55,753 nt of DNA. Source: a virus (lineage: Duplodnaviria; Caudoviricetes). Of the stretch, positions 29,704 to 38,906 are shown in pieces. The notes under the pieces are model-generated. The model was not told where the DNA came from. It did not search any database and worked only from the letters and a program-made list of their open reading frames with translations. A program made the translations under genes and the position numbers. The stretch spans positions 1 through 55,753 of the IMG/VR virus record IMGVR_UViG_3300022934_000025; one strand, given 5' to 3'. Numbering within the stretch: position 1 is the first letter of the stretch; every line of letters begins with the position of its first letter.

Positions 29704-30059
29704 GGCGTCACCACCGATACTGTGCCCACCGCACCTTGCAAAGCCGGGGTGTTTTCTAATTCTGTAGGCAGTTCCGCTGTTCCACCGGTACTCCAGTTGC
29801 CATTACCCAAGTAAGTGATGCCGTTCGTGGTAATGACCAAAAAGGCGCTTGTAGGGTTGTCTGGCTGGGGCCTAGCATTCATCAAAGCTTGCGGATCAAC
29901 CACTTTGCGAAAAGGTCCTAGCTGCGGATGCTTTGGTTCGTATTCATCAGGACCCACAAGCAAGCCATTCCACTCCTTTTTCATTACCTTGTACTGATAA
30001 CGAAAGCCAGAGCGGTCCGAAATTGCGTATGAGTTTTTACCTGTTGCGAACTTAGCCAT
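29700..30059 (-). CDS. Hypothetical virion protein
   Basis: AISDRSGF...EYEPKHPQL...DPQAL-x-x-ARP motif. Confidence 0.72.
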   Translation of the reverse strand: MAKFATGKNSYAISDRSGFRYQYKVMKKEWNGLLVGPDEYEPKHPQLGPFRKVVDPQALMNARPQPDNPTSAFLVITTNGITYLGNGNWSTGGTAELPTELENTPALQGAVGTVSVVTP

Positions 30060-30727
30060 TATCCCGTCCTGTAATACTCATACTTAGGAACAACGTTGAA
30101 AGACGACCGATCACGGTCCTCTGTCGCAGCACGATCAAACTCTTCTTCGTAAACAGCTTTTAACATCTGCACCCTGTTTGGAGCCCTTTTTAGAGCAATG
30201 TAATATGCCAATCCCGCTGCAAGGCAAGGATAAAATCTAAACGGCATATCCATGGTATTGGTGTAAATGTCGGCGTCGTCCATGCGCGTCAACGCGTCAT
30301 AGTACAGAACGTCAGTGCTGTTTTCGGGGACAGGCCAAATTTTTAAGTTTGGCGTCAATTGACGGTCTAAAAAGAACTGGTTGGGCCTACTTTGTGTCGT
30401 TTTTGTCGGAATTGTCAGATATTCATCCCGACTCAAGCGTTCTAACGAGTAATCCGTGCCATCTCTGCGTAAAACAACAGACAATACGTCGATAATGTCT
30501 GCATTTAAGGCGTATTCACCGGTTCCTTGCGTCAACGCTTGCGAACGCTGCTTGATTGTCCACTGGTTCAAGCCACGGTTAGCCCAATCTGCCAGCAATA
30601 GATTAAGCGAACGTTTAGCCGTCTTGAGGTCGTAACCAGTACGCACCTCAAGACCACATCGCTCGAATGCCTCTTCGACGTAATCTGCTACGTCTAACTC
30701 AAAATCTTTGCTGTTAGATACAGTCAT
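30059..30727 (-). CDS. Tail tubular / adaptor protein
   Basis: EEAFERCG, WANRGLNQWT, IWPVP, PFRFYPCLAAGLAYY. Confidence 0.75.
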   Translation of the reverse strand: MTVSNSKDFELDVADYVEEAFERCGLEVRTGYDLKTAKRSLNLLLADWANRGLNQWTIKQRSQALTQGTGEYALNADIIDVLSVVLRRDGTDYSLERLSRDEYLTIPTKTTQSRPNQFFLDRQLTPNLKIWPVPENSTDVLYYDALTRMDDADIYTNTMDMPFRFYPCLAAGLAYYIALKRAPNRVQMLKAVYEEEFDRAATEDRDRSSFNVVPKYEYYRTG

Positions 30728-30868
30728 TTACTTTTTCTTCTTTTTTACCGCGCCGCCGCCACGCATCTTCTTAACCATGCCGCCACCGCGCATCTTCTTA
30801 ACCATGCCGCCGCCACGCATCTTCTTAGCAGCACCACCTTTACGCATTTTTTTAGGTTTCATTGCCAT
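30728..30868 (-). CDS. 46-aa basic tandem-repeat protein (not in ORF track)
   Basis: MAMKPKK-MRKGGAAKK-MRGGGMVKK-MRGGGMVKK-MRGGGAVKK-KKK; GGAG RBS; synonymous variation between the 27-nt repeats. Confidence 0.85.
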   Translation of the reverse strand: MAMKPKKMRKGGAAKKMRGGGMVKKMRGGGMVKKMRGGGAVKKKKK

Positions 30869-31436
30869 TTTTCAGTCTCCTATAAAGTTCAGTCCGTTTT
30901 GCATAGATGTCTGACGCATTATATTCGCCATCATAACTATCATAATATCCTTTTTTGTCCAACTTGTCTGCCGCTTCTTGCAGCTTTGACAATCGTTGAA
31001 CAAATATCATGGAGTATTCGGTATCAGTCTCGTAGTCAAAAGTAACTTCTTGTACAAAGTCACTAGGCTCATCATTAGGGTGAAAACCCATGAGCCAAAT
31101 ATCTTTATCAATAAACATGCCCTCTGCAATCACGTCATTTAGTTGATCTAAATACTCATGAAATGCGTCGGAGTCCTCGTCGGGATTGATGTCTACAATA
31201 ATGGCTAGGTCAAATGCGTCGTCAAAGCGTGAAATGCACGAGTACAAAACCTGATAAGACGGCTCGTATTTGAAAAGAATAGAGATTTTGTTGTCTAGCC
31301 AACCAGCACGGGCATACGGACATGGCGGTAAATTATTAAAATAAGGGCTTGGTTTTTCTAACACCTCTGCCGACCATTGCATAATTTCCTCTACAACGGC
31401 TTTTTCTATCGGCTGGTTATAGAAAGCTAAGTTCAT
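30852..31436 (-). CDS. DUF1415-like protein
   Basis: NNLPPCPYAR and MGFHP motifs. Confidence 0.6.
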   Translation of the reverse strand: MNLAFYNQPIEKAVVEEIMQWSAEVLEKPSPYFNNLPPCPYARAGWLDNKISILFKYEPSYQVLYSCISRFDDAFDLAIIVDINPDEDSDAFHEYLDQLNDVIAEGMFIDKDIWLMGFHPNDEPSDFVQEVTFDYETDTEYSMIFVQRLSKLQEAADKLDKKGYYDSYDGEYNASDIYAKRTELYRRLKNGNET

Positions 31437-31816
31437 GATTGCGTAACCGCCCCTTTTGTTCTTTTGCGTCGGTTGCTCATGATCGCGCCGCAGCCTCTAG
31501 CTACGGCAGTTCCGGGTTGTGATTTACCGCGGAAAGGTCTTTTAGGCTTGGTGCTTGGAACCGCGCCACCCGCCTCCATCTTTCTTACTTTGGCGGCTTT
31601 TGTGTTCGAAACAACTTGCTTTCCCTTAGAGCCTTCGCGCTTTTTCTTACGTGCAGTCGCAGCCCTTTCAGACTTACTGAGACTCTGTGCTTTAGATCGT
31701 GGTAGGCATCGGTCAGGATTTTTCTTATTTTTTGACGTGCCACATTTACCTGCGATATTACCTGAGCTATCAATTCTGACCCAATCTTCATCTACCCAAT
31801 CCTGTAGCTTGCCCAT
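31433..31816 (-). CDS. Basic protein (DUF5872-like N-terminus)
   Basis: LQDWVDEDWV, CG...CLP, K/R-rich. Confidence 0.65.
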   Translation of the reverse strand: MGKLQDWVDEDWVRIDSSGNIAGKCGTSKNKKNPDRCLPRSKAQSLSKSERAATARKKKREGSKGKQVVSNTKAAKVRKMEAGGAVPSTKPKRPFRGKSQPGTAVARGCGAIMSNRRKRTKGAVTQS

Positions 31817-32058
31817 TACTTGCCCTTCCTTTTGCCACCTTTTGACTTCTTAGCATAGTTAGGGTCTTTGCAATACTTTGATGCAGCTAAATTAGCGTAT
31901 GCGGAAGGATATGTATCGAAGGTTCTTTTGGCCCAAGCTTTTCCTTCTGGGCAAATTTTACTGCCTTTAGATTTTTTGGAAACCTTACCACCCTTGCGGT
32001 AGTAGGTTACATCGGGGCACTTAGTCTTCTTTGGCCCTGTTCTGACTCGTGCGCCCAT
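31816..32058 (-). CDS. Small basic protein
   Basis: ICPEGKAWAKRTFDTYPSAYAN motif. Confidence 0.7.
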   Translation of the reverse strand: MGARVRTGPKKTKCPDVTYYRKGGKVSKKSKGSKICPEGKAWAKRTFDTYPSAYANLAASKYCKDPNYAKKSKGGKRKGK

Positions 32059-32061
32059 GCC

Positions 32062-32244
32062 TCACCCCAAAAATCTCTGCACAAATGGTGCAATTAAAAT
32101 TAACACTGCCAGCGCCCAGAGTTTGACATCAAGGGCTTTTAACGAACTTTTATGATCGTCAAGACGCTCCTCAATCCGTTGGTATCGAAGATTACACTCA
32201 GCCTCGTGTTTTTCTAACTTGGCTAATACTTCTTCCACCTTCAT
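32062..32244 (-). CDS. Small coiled-coil plus TM protein (XhlA-like architecture)
   Basis: HEAECNLRY, C-terminal TM. Confidence 0.68.
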   Translation of the reverse strand: MKVEEVLAKLEKHEAECNLRYQRIEERLDDHKSSLKALDVKLWALAVLILIAPFVQRFLG

Positions 32245-32251
32245 CTAACCC

Positions 32252-32536
32252 TCACCACGCCTTACAACTCCAGTACCGAGCCGAAAATTTATCTTTCGCC
32301 GTATCACAAGAGTGTCTGGCACGAAAATTCTTACGACGACCCGGTTGATCTTTTTTGATCGACATCTTCGGGTCCCCGAATCTCACTAACTTGACTTCAT
32401 TGCCTTTTTTGGCAAGGACAGCACTTTTCTTTGCTTTACCGGGCGTCCTTTTCGGCTTGTTATACCCCGAAAAGGTTTCGCCTCGGTATTTTATGCGTCC
32501 TGACGGCAACCTCTTTACATCTTTAGTTGTTGCCAT
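32252..32536 (-). CDS. Basic protein (DUF6321-like)
   Basis: VRFGD, FRARHSCD, SARYWSCKAW. Confidence 0.72.
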   Translation of the reverse strand: MATTKDVKRLPSGRIKYRGETFSGYNKPKRTPGKAKKSAVLAKKGNEVKLVRFGDPKMSIKKDQPGRRKNFRARHSCDTAKDKFSARYWSCKAW

Positions 32537-32543
32537 GGCTCAC

Positions 32544-32816
32544 CTAGCTATAAAAAATCGTCACCGAAGTACACGCTGTAAAGGTAGCGATATAAATATC
32601 ACTAACCCTGATGCCTTCGTCCGGAATGTTTACAGAGTGAGTATCAGACGCATCCAAGTCCATGTCCAACACAGTTTCACCACCGTCGCCATCACTGATG
32701 GTAAGCCGCGGTGATCCTGTTGTCGTCTTTACCTGCACCTGACGAATACGTGCAACACCGACACCGGCAGAGCCGGTGGCAGTTAAACGTTTCGCCTTTA
32801 CATCAGAACCAGCCAT
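32544..32816 (-). CDS. Small beta-rich virion protein
   Basis: IPDEGI motif; follows capsid genes. Confidence 0.68.
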   Translation of the reverse strand: MAGSDVKAKRLTATGSAGVGVARIRQVQVKTTTGSPRLTISDGDGGETVLDMDLDASDTHSVNIPDEGIRVSDIYIATFTACTSVTIFYS

Positions 32817-32829
32817 AAGCTATCTCCTA

Positions 32830-33303
32830 TTACGAGTCAGCGAATGGAGTGGCTAACGTGCCAGAACCAAGCAAAGTACCTGTTACTAGATATTCATCTG
32901 CGGCAATTGCAGTGACTTCTACATAGGAACCCTCAATACCGCCAGTAGTAGTTCCATTCATAGAAATTACATCGTTTGTTGCAGCGGGCGCGAAGCCACG
33001 AGCCTGTGACGTAGCAGCCGCCGCCAACACCAGATTGCCAACAAACTTGTCAGTGCCGTCTGTTTTGATGTCTAAATCAGACGCTGTAGTGCCAATGAAA
33101 AACACATACTTTGCACCAATAGTGTCGGTAGAAGCAGATGGAAGCGTAACCGCGCCGTCAGCATCGTTGATTTCAATGATGCGACCAACATGGTCAGCAT
33201 ACGTGAGAGTGGTTTCCGCAGTAATGTTTACCACGGCAGTAGAACCTACCGAGGTGAACCCGCGTTCGGACCGTACTGGTCCTGAAAAAGTTGTTTGTCC
33301 CAT
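32830..33303 (-). CDS. Putative head decoration / minor capsid protein
   Basis: TTFSGPVRS N-terminus, NGTTTGG, ATPFADS end. Confidence 0.65.
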   Translation of the reverse strand: MGQTTFSGPVRSERGFTSVGSTAVVNITAETTLTYADHVGRIIEINDADGAVTLPSASTDTIGAKYVFFIGTTASDLDIKTDGTDKFVGNLVLAAAATSQARGFAPAATNDVISMNGTTTGGIEGSYVEVTAIAADEYLVTGTLLGSGTLATPFADS

Positions 33304-33381
33304 ATCTATCTCCTGTCTTGGGTTATGTCAGTCGCAACATGCAACTGTCAGGGATAGGATCAGGATACATTAGAAACAAAT

Positions 33382-33414
33382 AAAAAGAAAGGGGCAACTT
33401 TCGTTACCCCTTTC
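33382..33414 (-). terminator. Terminator after MCP
   Basis: GAAAGGGGTAAC-GAAA-GTTGCCCCTTTC-TTTTT. Confidence 0.85.
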
Positions 33415-33465
33415 CAGTCTTCAGGGAGGGTCAATATGAAATCGACACCTTCCTTATAGCACGAT

Positions 33466-34374
33466 TTACGCTCCGGGTGTACCGAAAACGCAACGCCAGT
33501 CGGATACACCAAAGCTGTAACGCTCACGCGCCTTGAAGCGCATGTTGCCGGTGTCAAAGTCACCTTCCATTGCCGTTTTAATGGGCGAACGGTTGAAGAA
33601 TTTGAAGCCGTTAGGTGCGTCAGTCTTGATGAAGAATGCGTCAGTATCCGTCAGGAAGTGGTTAACAACCGCTCCTTCTGGAAGCATTCCCATGCTCTTC
33701 ATAGCGTTCAGATCGTTGTCTGCGGTGCCCGAACGCAGGTTAGAGTTGATAACTCTTTCTGCGATGAACTGAAGCTCTTTAGGGATAATAAGCTTCATAC
33801 CACGAACAGCAATCTTCAGACCACGCTCATCAGTCAGACCAGCAATGTCAATCAACATCTGCTCAAGCGAAGTCTCATTGAGGTCCGCAGCAGTTGCCAG
33901 AATGTTAGTCTGGTTGCCTGAAAGGCTTGGGTGTGACGAGGAGCAAAGCGCCGCGCCGTCACCAATAGCAGAAGCACCCGCAGTGAACGCATTGTTCAAG
34001 ATAGCGGCAGCTTTAATCTGCTTGGTCTGAGCCATTGAACGAGCCAAGGCTTTCGTGTAGCGCGATGCGAGACGGTCATAAAGATTATCTTCAATCGCTT
34101 CCTCAGTGATTGAGAACGCAAGCGCAATGGTTTCGTGTGTGTAACGAGCAGTGTAAGTTTCCTGTGCATCGTCAAAGCTGATGGCAGTGCCTTCACCTTT
34201 TACGGGTGCCGTGGAAAAACCACCCAGCATCACTTCCTCTTCAAAGGCTCTGTCCGAAGACTCCTCTTCAAAGATTTCGCTATGCTCATTCTCGTAACGG
34301 TTGTATTCCAGCCCAAACAAAGCATTAAGGCCGGGTTCTAGCTCTTTAGCTAGTTGACTTCTAGAAATAGCCAT
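33466..34374 (-). CDS. Major capsid protein
   Basis: MAISRSQLAKELEPGLNALFGLEY, EEAIEDNLY, FKARERYSFG: well-known marine phage MCP family. Confidence 0.93.
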   Translation of the reverse strand: MAISRSQLAKELEPGLNALFGLEYNRYENEHSEIFEEESSDRAFEEEVMLGGFSTAPVKGEGTAISFDDAQETYTARYTHETIALAFSITEEAIEDNLYDRLASRYTKALARSMAQTKQIKAAAILNNAFTAGASAIGDGAALCSSSHPSLSGNQTNILATAADLNETSLEQMLIDIAGLTDERGLKIAVRGMKLIIPKELQFIAERVINSNLRSGTADNDLNAMKSMGMLPEGAVVNHFLTDTDAFFIKTDAPNGFKFFNRSPIKTAMEGDFDTGNMRFKARERYSFGVSDWRCVFGTPGA

Positions 34375-34387
34375 TATCTAACCCTCC

Positions 34388-35038
34388 TTAAATGCCTGTG
34401 GAATCCGCAGTGGTCTGAGAATCAAACCTACGGGTTCCGGCGTTAAAGTGTGCATTCAGACGAACGATAAGCGGAATGCCAGCGGCAGTGAAGTCGCTGT
34501 TTCCTGCGTCGTCCATGATACCAACAATACGAAGTGGCAAAGTTGCCGTCGTATTTACAGAGGACACGCTCAAGGCACCGCTTGACGAGCCCGTGTCAGT
34601 AGAGCCGGAACGAGCCGACGTACCGAGTGAGGCATTCGCAAACACGGTTGCAAGAGCAGTAGCGCGGTCTGTCAGAGACGCATCAGATGCGACTTTGAAC
34701 AGTTGGTCAGGGCTATCGGCCACAAACGCCTTTACAGGGTGGTTTGTGTCCACACTTACTGAACCCGAACCGGGCCAGTAGTTAATGAAGACCGGCTTTT
34801 TAGAAACCGAATCAACGTACTCTACCCCCATCAGGACACCCAATGCTTGAGTTGTTCCACCGGCAGTGTCGCCAGCTTGGTCAATAACACCTGCGGCCAA
34901 AGGTACGCAGATAGCATATTGATAAATAGCATTAGTGTTGTTGGACGCGATTTCGTACTGAGTTACCCCAGTTGAGTTTGCACCGCTACCAACAAGCCCG
35001 ATAGGACGTAGACCATAGGCAGTATTTGAATTTGCCAT
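34388..35038 (-). CDS. Capsid-associated structural protein
   Basis: AYGLRP N-terminus, TLPLRIVG; directly upstream of MCP. Confidence 0.7.
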   Translation of the reverse strand: MANSNTAYGLRPIGLVGSGANSTGVTQYEIASNNTNAIYQYAICVPLAAGVIDQAGDTAGGTTQALGVLMGVEYVDSVSKKPVFINYWPGSGSVSVDTNHPVKAFVADSPDQLFKVASDASLTDRATALATVFANASLGTSARSGSTDTGSSSGALSVSSVNTTATLPLRIVGIMDDAGNSDFTAAGIPLIVRLNAHFNAGTRRFDSQTTADSTGI

Positions 35039-35066
35039 AATAGTTTTCTCCTATTGGGGCAGTCCT

Positions 35067-35552
35067 TTATTTTTTAGGACCACCGAAGGTTACACGAGAT
35101 TGACGATCAGCATTGCTGATCCTCATGGTTGAGTGTGCATTCTCGCGCATCATATCGGTATCAACTGCTTCCATCTGGTCTCGACTACGTTGGTTAAAGT
35201 AGTCAGTCCGTTCTTGGACAGTTTCAATCGGTATTCTTGCGAGAAGCAATCCGCCTACTCCAAACACACCTTCGTATTTACCTGATTCGACAACTGGCGA
35301 TTCAAAGTCAGGGTATTCATCCTTACGGACCAATTCCCAACCCTCTCGCATTTTGGCACTGATGTTCTTCGTATCATCAAATCCACGCGTCTCGGCACGA
35401 ATCCAACGATGCTTGAAACCATCAGGGGCAGGTGGTGCATCTAACATTGACGGGGGAGCCCATGGCTTACGAATAGCCTGTTTTTCCCTAGATTCATTTG
35501 CGCGAGAAGTACGTTTCATGCCGGAACTTGTTTCTTTCATTTGTTCTGTCAT
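35067..35552 (-). CDS. Conserved head-module protein
   Basis: WAPPSMLDAPPAPDGFKHRWIR, REGWELVR, GGLLLARIP. Confidence 0.75.
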   Translation of the reverse strand: MTEQMKETSSGMKRTSRANESREKQAIRKPWAPPSMLDAPPAPDGFKHRWIRAETRGFDDTKNISAKMREGWELVRKDEYPDFESPVVESGKYEGVFGVGGLLLARIPIETVQERTDYFNQRSRDQMEAVDTDMMRENAHSTMRISNADRQSRVTFGGPKK

Positions 35553-35557
35553 TTCAT

Positions 35558-36418
35558 TTACTCCTTCACGTATTTCGCATATTCTTCAAGCGGCACACCC
35601 AATTTTTTCGCTATCGCGACTTGGCTAGGGGTGAGTCTAACCTTTTTCCCACTGCGCCCAGATGTGTTTCTTGTGGCTCCAACAACCGTCTGAGCGGGTC
35701 GTTTATTGGTAGCCGTAGCACCCGTATTAAACTTAGAAGCAATACGGTTGTCTAGTTCAGTATAGTAGTCATCGCTCTGAGGGTCAAATCCTTCTTCCTC
35801 AACGAGTTTTTTATGAATACCAAATGCTGCGTAGGTCATGGCCTCATCGGACCCAAACCAGCTATTTCGTAAAGCCCACTCTTCGGCTTTCTTATCAGGC
35901 CGTTTGGGTTGTTGAGCAGGCATCGGCTGACGAGCTTGATACTGCGCCGCCGCAGCTTGTTGCTGCCTAGCGCGTTCAGATTGCGCTTTTGCTTGCGCTG
36001 CCCTATCCGCCTGAATAGCTAAATTAGTTAAAGCACGTTGCGCCTCTACAGTAGCCGCGGAATCGCCAATTTCAATGGCTCGCGCCAAAGCGGCTTCGGC
36101 TTGCTGCATCTGAGTGCTAACGCGGTTGGAATACTCGGACACGTAATTAGTGTCTAAATTCTGAATGCGCTGCTTGAGTTGATTGGACTCTTGTTGCACA
36201 CCTTGAGCATACTTAATAGCTTCTTGCTCACGGCGCTCTGCTTCACGCATTTTCTTGGTAAGCCGGTCAATACGCTTCTGTGTTGCGCTTTCGGCTTTTT
36301 GAAACTGATCTTCACCAGAGTCAGCTTCTTGAACATCTTTGGACTCTTCAACCTCAACTTCGGTTTCTTGGTTATCGCCCAAATCAAGCTCGACTTGTTC
36401 CTTTTCGGCTTCAGCCAT
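35558..36418 (-). CDS. Capsid scaffolding protein
   Basis: Acidic N-terminus, coiled coil, C-terminal LTPSQVAIAKKLGVPLEEYAK. Confidence 0.78.
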   Translation of the reverse strand: MAEAEKEQVELDLGDNQETEVEVEESKDVQEADSGEDQFQKAESATQKRIDRLTKKMREAERREQEAIKYAQGVQQESNQLKQRIQNLDTNYVSEYSNRVSTQMQQAEAALARAIEIGDSAATVEAQRALTNLAIQADRAAQAKAQSERARQQQAAAAQYQARQPMPAQQPKRPDKKAEEWALRNSWFGSDEAMTYAAFGIHKKLVEEEGFDPQSDDYYTELDNRIASKFNTGATATNKRPAQTVVGATRNTSGRSGKKVRLTPSQVAIAKKLGVPLEEYAKYVKE

Positions 36419-36430
36419 AATTAATTCTCC

Positions 36431-36904
36431 TTACAAATGATGAATGTCTTCAGGGTCAAGAATAGTGGCTAGGATTTCGTCATCGTTCAAAATCCTGACC
36501 TCCCCACCGTCTATTTGGAAACGAGACCCGGCGTAACGAGCAAACATTACCCACTGTTTTTCTTCGCACCATGGGCCAGAAGGGAACTTTTCTTTGTCTT
36601 GGTAAGCCAAAGGGCCAACCTTGAGGACATAACCTACTTGTGTAGAGACTTGGCTTTTTTCCTGAACCTCGTTTGGTAAGAAAATACCGCCCGCGGTTTT
36701 AGATTTGCCTTGATAAGGAAGGATCAGAATACGCCACCCTGTAGGTGCTGGCATTCTGTCTAGTAAAGAAGAACCGATAGCTTCTGGATTAAGCTTTGGC
36801 TTTTCTACATATACATCCGCAAGCGATTGCGGGTCTTTTTCTGCTTGCATCTTATCCACAGCTTCTTTTGCAGCGGATAGATCAAGCTTTGCGCTATCAG
36901 TCAT
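36431..36904 (-). CDS. groES: Co-chaperonin GroES
   Basis: PTGWRILI, KTAGGIFLP, FARYAG, RILNDDEILA. Confidence 0.92.
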   Translation of the reverse strand: MTDSAKLDLSAAKEAVDKMQAEKDPQSLADVYVEKPKLNPEAIGSSLLDRMPAPTGWRILILPYQGKSKTAGGIFLPNEVQEKSQVSTQVGYVLKVGPLAYQDKEKFPSGPWCEEKQWVMFARYAGSRFQIDGGEVRILNDDEILATILDPEDIHHL

Positions 36905-37094
36905 TTGATCGCTCCTGTTTATCTAGCAGGCTCTTGAGTTCCTGTTCCACGTGATTTAGGCATTCTAAATTGCCCATAAGCTCACGATATTGCTCCATAG
37001 ATTTGACGTTTCCATAAATCATCAAATCTGTAACCGCTTGTCGCCGTTCTCTCAAGATTCTTAGTACGGCTTCGGTAACGTAAATGTCATCCAT
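36897..37094 (-). CDS. Hypothetical protein upstream of GroES
   Basis: 65 aa helical, GNVKSMEQYRELMG; overlaps groES start. Confidence 0.72.
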   Translation of the reverse strand: MDDIYVTEAVLRILRERRQAVTDLMIYGNVKSMEQYRELMGNLECLNHVEQELKSLLDKQERSND

Positions 37095-37178
37095 TCACCC
37101 CTCGCATAATATCAAACATATTCTGATATTATCCTAGCACAAGTTGTATAGGATGTGCTAGGAGAAAGTGTGATTTTA

Positions 37179-37652
37179 TCAGACAGATCGCAGTTCAAAG
37201 TGCGGACCATCAATAAATGGCCGTCTTCCTTGGCTCCTTCGTAAATCAACGTAACTATTCATGGCCTCTTCCATTGTGCCGTCCCAGTCCCGTAAATCAT
37301 CTACGGTCCATGCAGCGCCCCAACGGATATGAGCCCCGGTTTCAATAGCCGCCGCCTTCATTGCGTCAGCTAGATCATCATACAAATTTAGCTCCCACGA
37401 TCCGCGAGAACCCACATACGCCATTAGATCGACGGCGTGGCCATAGCCATCATCCTGCTTGAGATGATATGACTTCATAGTTTTTGAAGCACCTTTTTCA
37501 AACAGTGCTTTTTGCTCTTCGATTGTCCTAACGCCATAGATAACACCAAAGTCCGTCTTGGTTAGTTCGATAGCGCGTGTAACTGTCTCAACAAGCTTTG
37601 GATGTACCCCATCCATTTTGCTCAAACTGCGTTGTGATAATTTGAAGCTCAT
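37179..37652 (-). CDS. Endolysin, M15 L-Ala-D-Glu peptidase
   Basis: RTIEEQ, SYH, GHAVD, IRWG, DGPHFEL. Confidence 0.92.
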   Translation of the reverse strand: MSFKLSQRSLSKMDGVHPKLVETVTRAIELTKTDFGVIYGVRTIEEQKALFEKGASKTMKSYHLKQDDGYGHAVDLMAYVGSRGSWELNLYDDLADAMKAAAIETGAHIRWGAAWTVDDLRDWDGTMEEAMNSYVDLRRSQGRRPFIDGPHFELRSV

Positions 37653-38056
37653 TTGGACAACCCTTTTGACTTTTCATACGTGCGTAACGTACCAAGGCCC
37701 AAAAGTCCACCAAGAACAGTCAACAACGTAGACATGTCAAACTCAGGCAAAGGGGGTAATTGTGTACCCGTAGCCGCCATGCCAAAGATTAGCAACGGCT
37801 GAAGGATGAAGTGATATGCAAAAGCTACTCCGCAGACCCATCCGATAAAGGGTCTCCACGACGATTTAAAGAAACTAGACGATTGAGCTTCAATCTTATT
37901 GACTTCAATTTGCGCAAGCGCGACAGCGTGTGCTTGCTTTTCGGCCATCGTCGCGATTTCGTGCGCCAGCTTGGCTTTTTCATCTTTATCTTCGATAACC
38001 TTGTCAAGCAAGCCTGTAACCGGTCCGACAAGATTACCCACTATTTGTTGTAGCAT
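37649..38056 (-). CDS. Holin (3TM family)
   Basis: SWRPFIGWVCG, LLGLGTLRTYEK. Confidence 0.88.
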   Translation of the reverse strand: MLQQIVGNLVGPVTGLLDKVIEDKDEKAKLAHEIATMAEKQAHAVALAQIEVNKIEAQSSSFFKSSWRPFIGWVCGVAFAYHFILQPLLIFGMAATGTQLPPLPEFDMSTLLTVLGGLLGLGTLRTYEKSKGLSK

Positions 38057-38124
38057 AGTAACCTCCTAAGATTTACCGCATTTAATCTTATACCGATTTT
38101 GATAATTTATAAAGTAAAAACACC

Positions 38125-38442
38125 TTACTTGCGTGACATCCATGCCGAAACGCCCATGTAACTACCTATAATGCCAGCTACACTGATATAAAAAATATCG
38201 GAAACGTCTTTAAGTAACTCTATCCTAGAATCAGGAATAAAGGGCATAAATAAGGTAGCAGTAAATATCGCTCCACCAATCATAGCCCACCTAGCAATAC
38301 GAAGCTGCGCCATGTGTTTACGAGACTGGTCTTCAAACTCTCTTATTTCACGAGCGCGGTCTATTTCTGCGTCGCTTACCACGCCATCTTGATCCAAATC
38401 ATATTGCTCGTATGAGGACTGTTCTTCTAGCTGCTTAACCAT
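38125..38442 (-). CDS. Membrane protein with EF-hand-like loop and 2 TM helices
   Basis: YDLDQDGVVSDAEI; two hydrophobic helices; start uncertain (38442 or 38451). Confidence 0.72.
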   Translation of the reverse strand: MVKQLEEQSSYEQYDLDQDGVVSDAEIDRAREIREFEDQSRKHMAQLRIARWAMIGGAIFTATLFMPFIPDSRIELLKDVSDIFYISVAGIIGSYMGVSAWMSRK

Positions 38443-38882
38443 TTGGCCCAAACCATTATCAAAATAAAGCCGACCACAAACAAAGTTGCGCCTACAAAGT
38501 AGCCAAAATACTCCCAGTTTTTTGCAGCCTGCTGTTTCCTTTTTAATTCAGCTTCACGTCGCTGTTTTCTAGCTTGCCCTAGAAACCTTTGCCAGTCATC
38601 CCACATTCCGGGGCGACCGTAAAGCTTCATCATAGATTCTAGTTCTTTTTCGGTCTCTCGTATCTTTTCAAGAGCCATAAACTCTTCAAAATCGTTTTCG
38701 GTTTTACCACCAAGAACAGATAGGACACTTTTCTTTCTTTTTTCTCCACGGCGCTTTAGGTCTTCTTTGGCACCGACCATCTGTCCGATAGCGCCCATGG
38801 CGTCAGACAAATCGCGACCGTTAGCAATAAATTGCTTTACTACAGAAAACCCAGCATTGAATGCGGCTAATTCAGCTATCAA
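38427..38882 (-). CDS. Coiled-coil protein with C-terminal TM helix
   Basis: TTG start; EEFMALEKI, GRPGMWDDW; TM at C-terminus. Confidence 0.72.
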   Translation of the reverse strand: MIAELAAFNAGFSVVKQFIANGRDLSDAMGAIGQMVGAKEDLKRRGEKRKKSVLSVLGGKTENDFEEFMALEKIRETEKELESMMKLYGRPGMWDDWQRFLGQARKQRREAELKRKQQAAKNWEYFGYFVGATLFVVGFILIMVWAKWLSS

Positions 38883-38906
38883 TGGTCGTTGCCCCCGTGT
38901 TTTACA

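Noticed and set aside
30728-30868. CRISPR-like or non-coding tandem repeat
   Set aside because: No spacers; 27-nt period with third-position variation indicates a coding repeat.
36943-36958. Additional parS site TGTTCCACGTGATTTA
   Set aside because: Three mismatches in one arm and within a coding sequence; could be chance.
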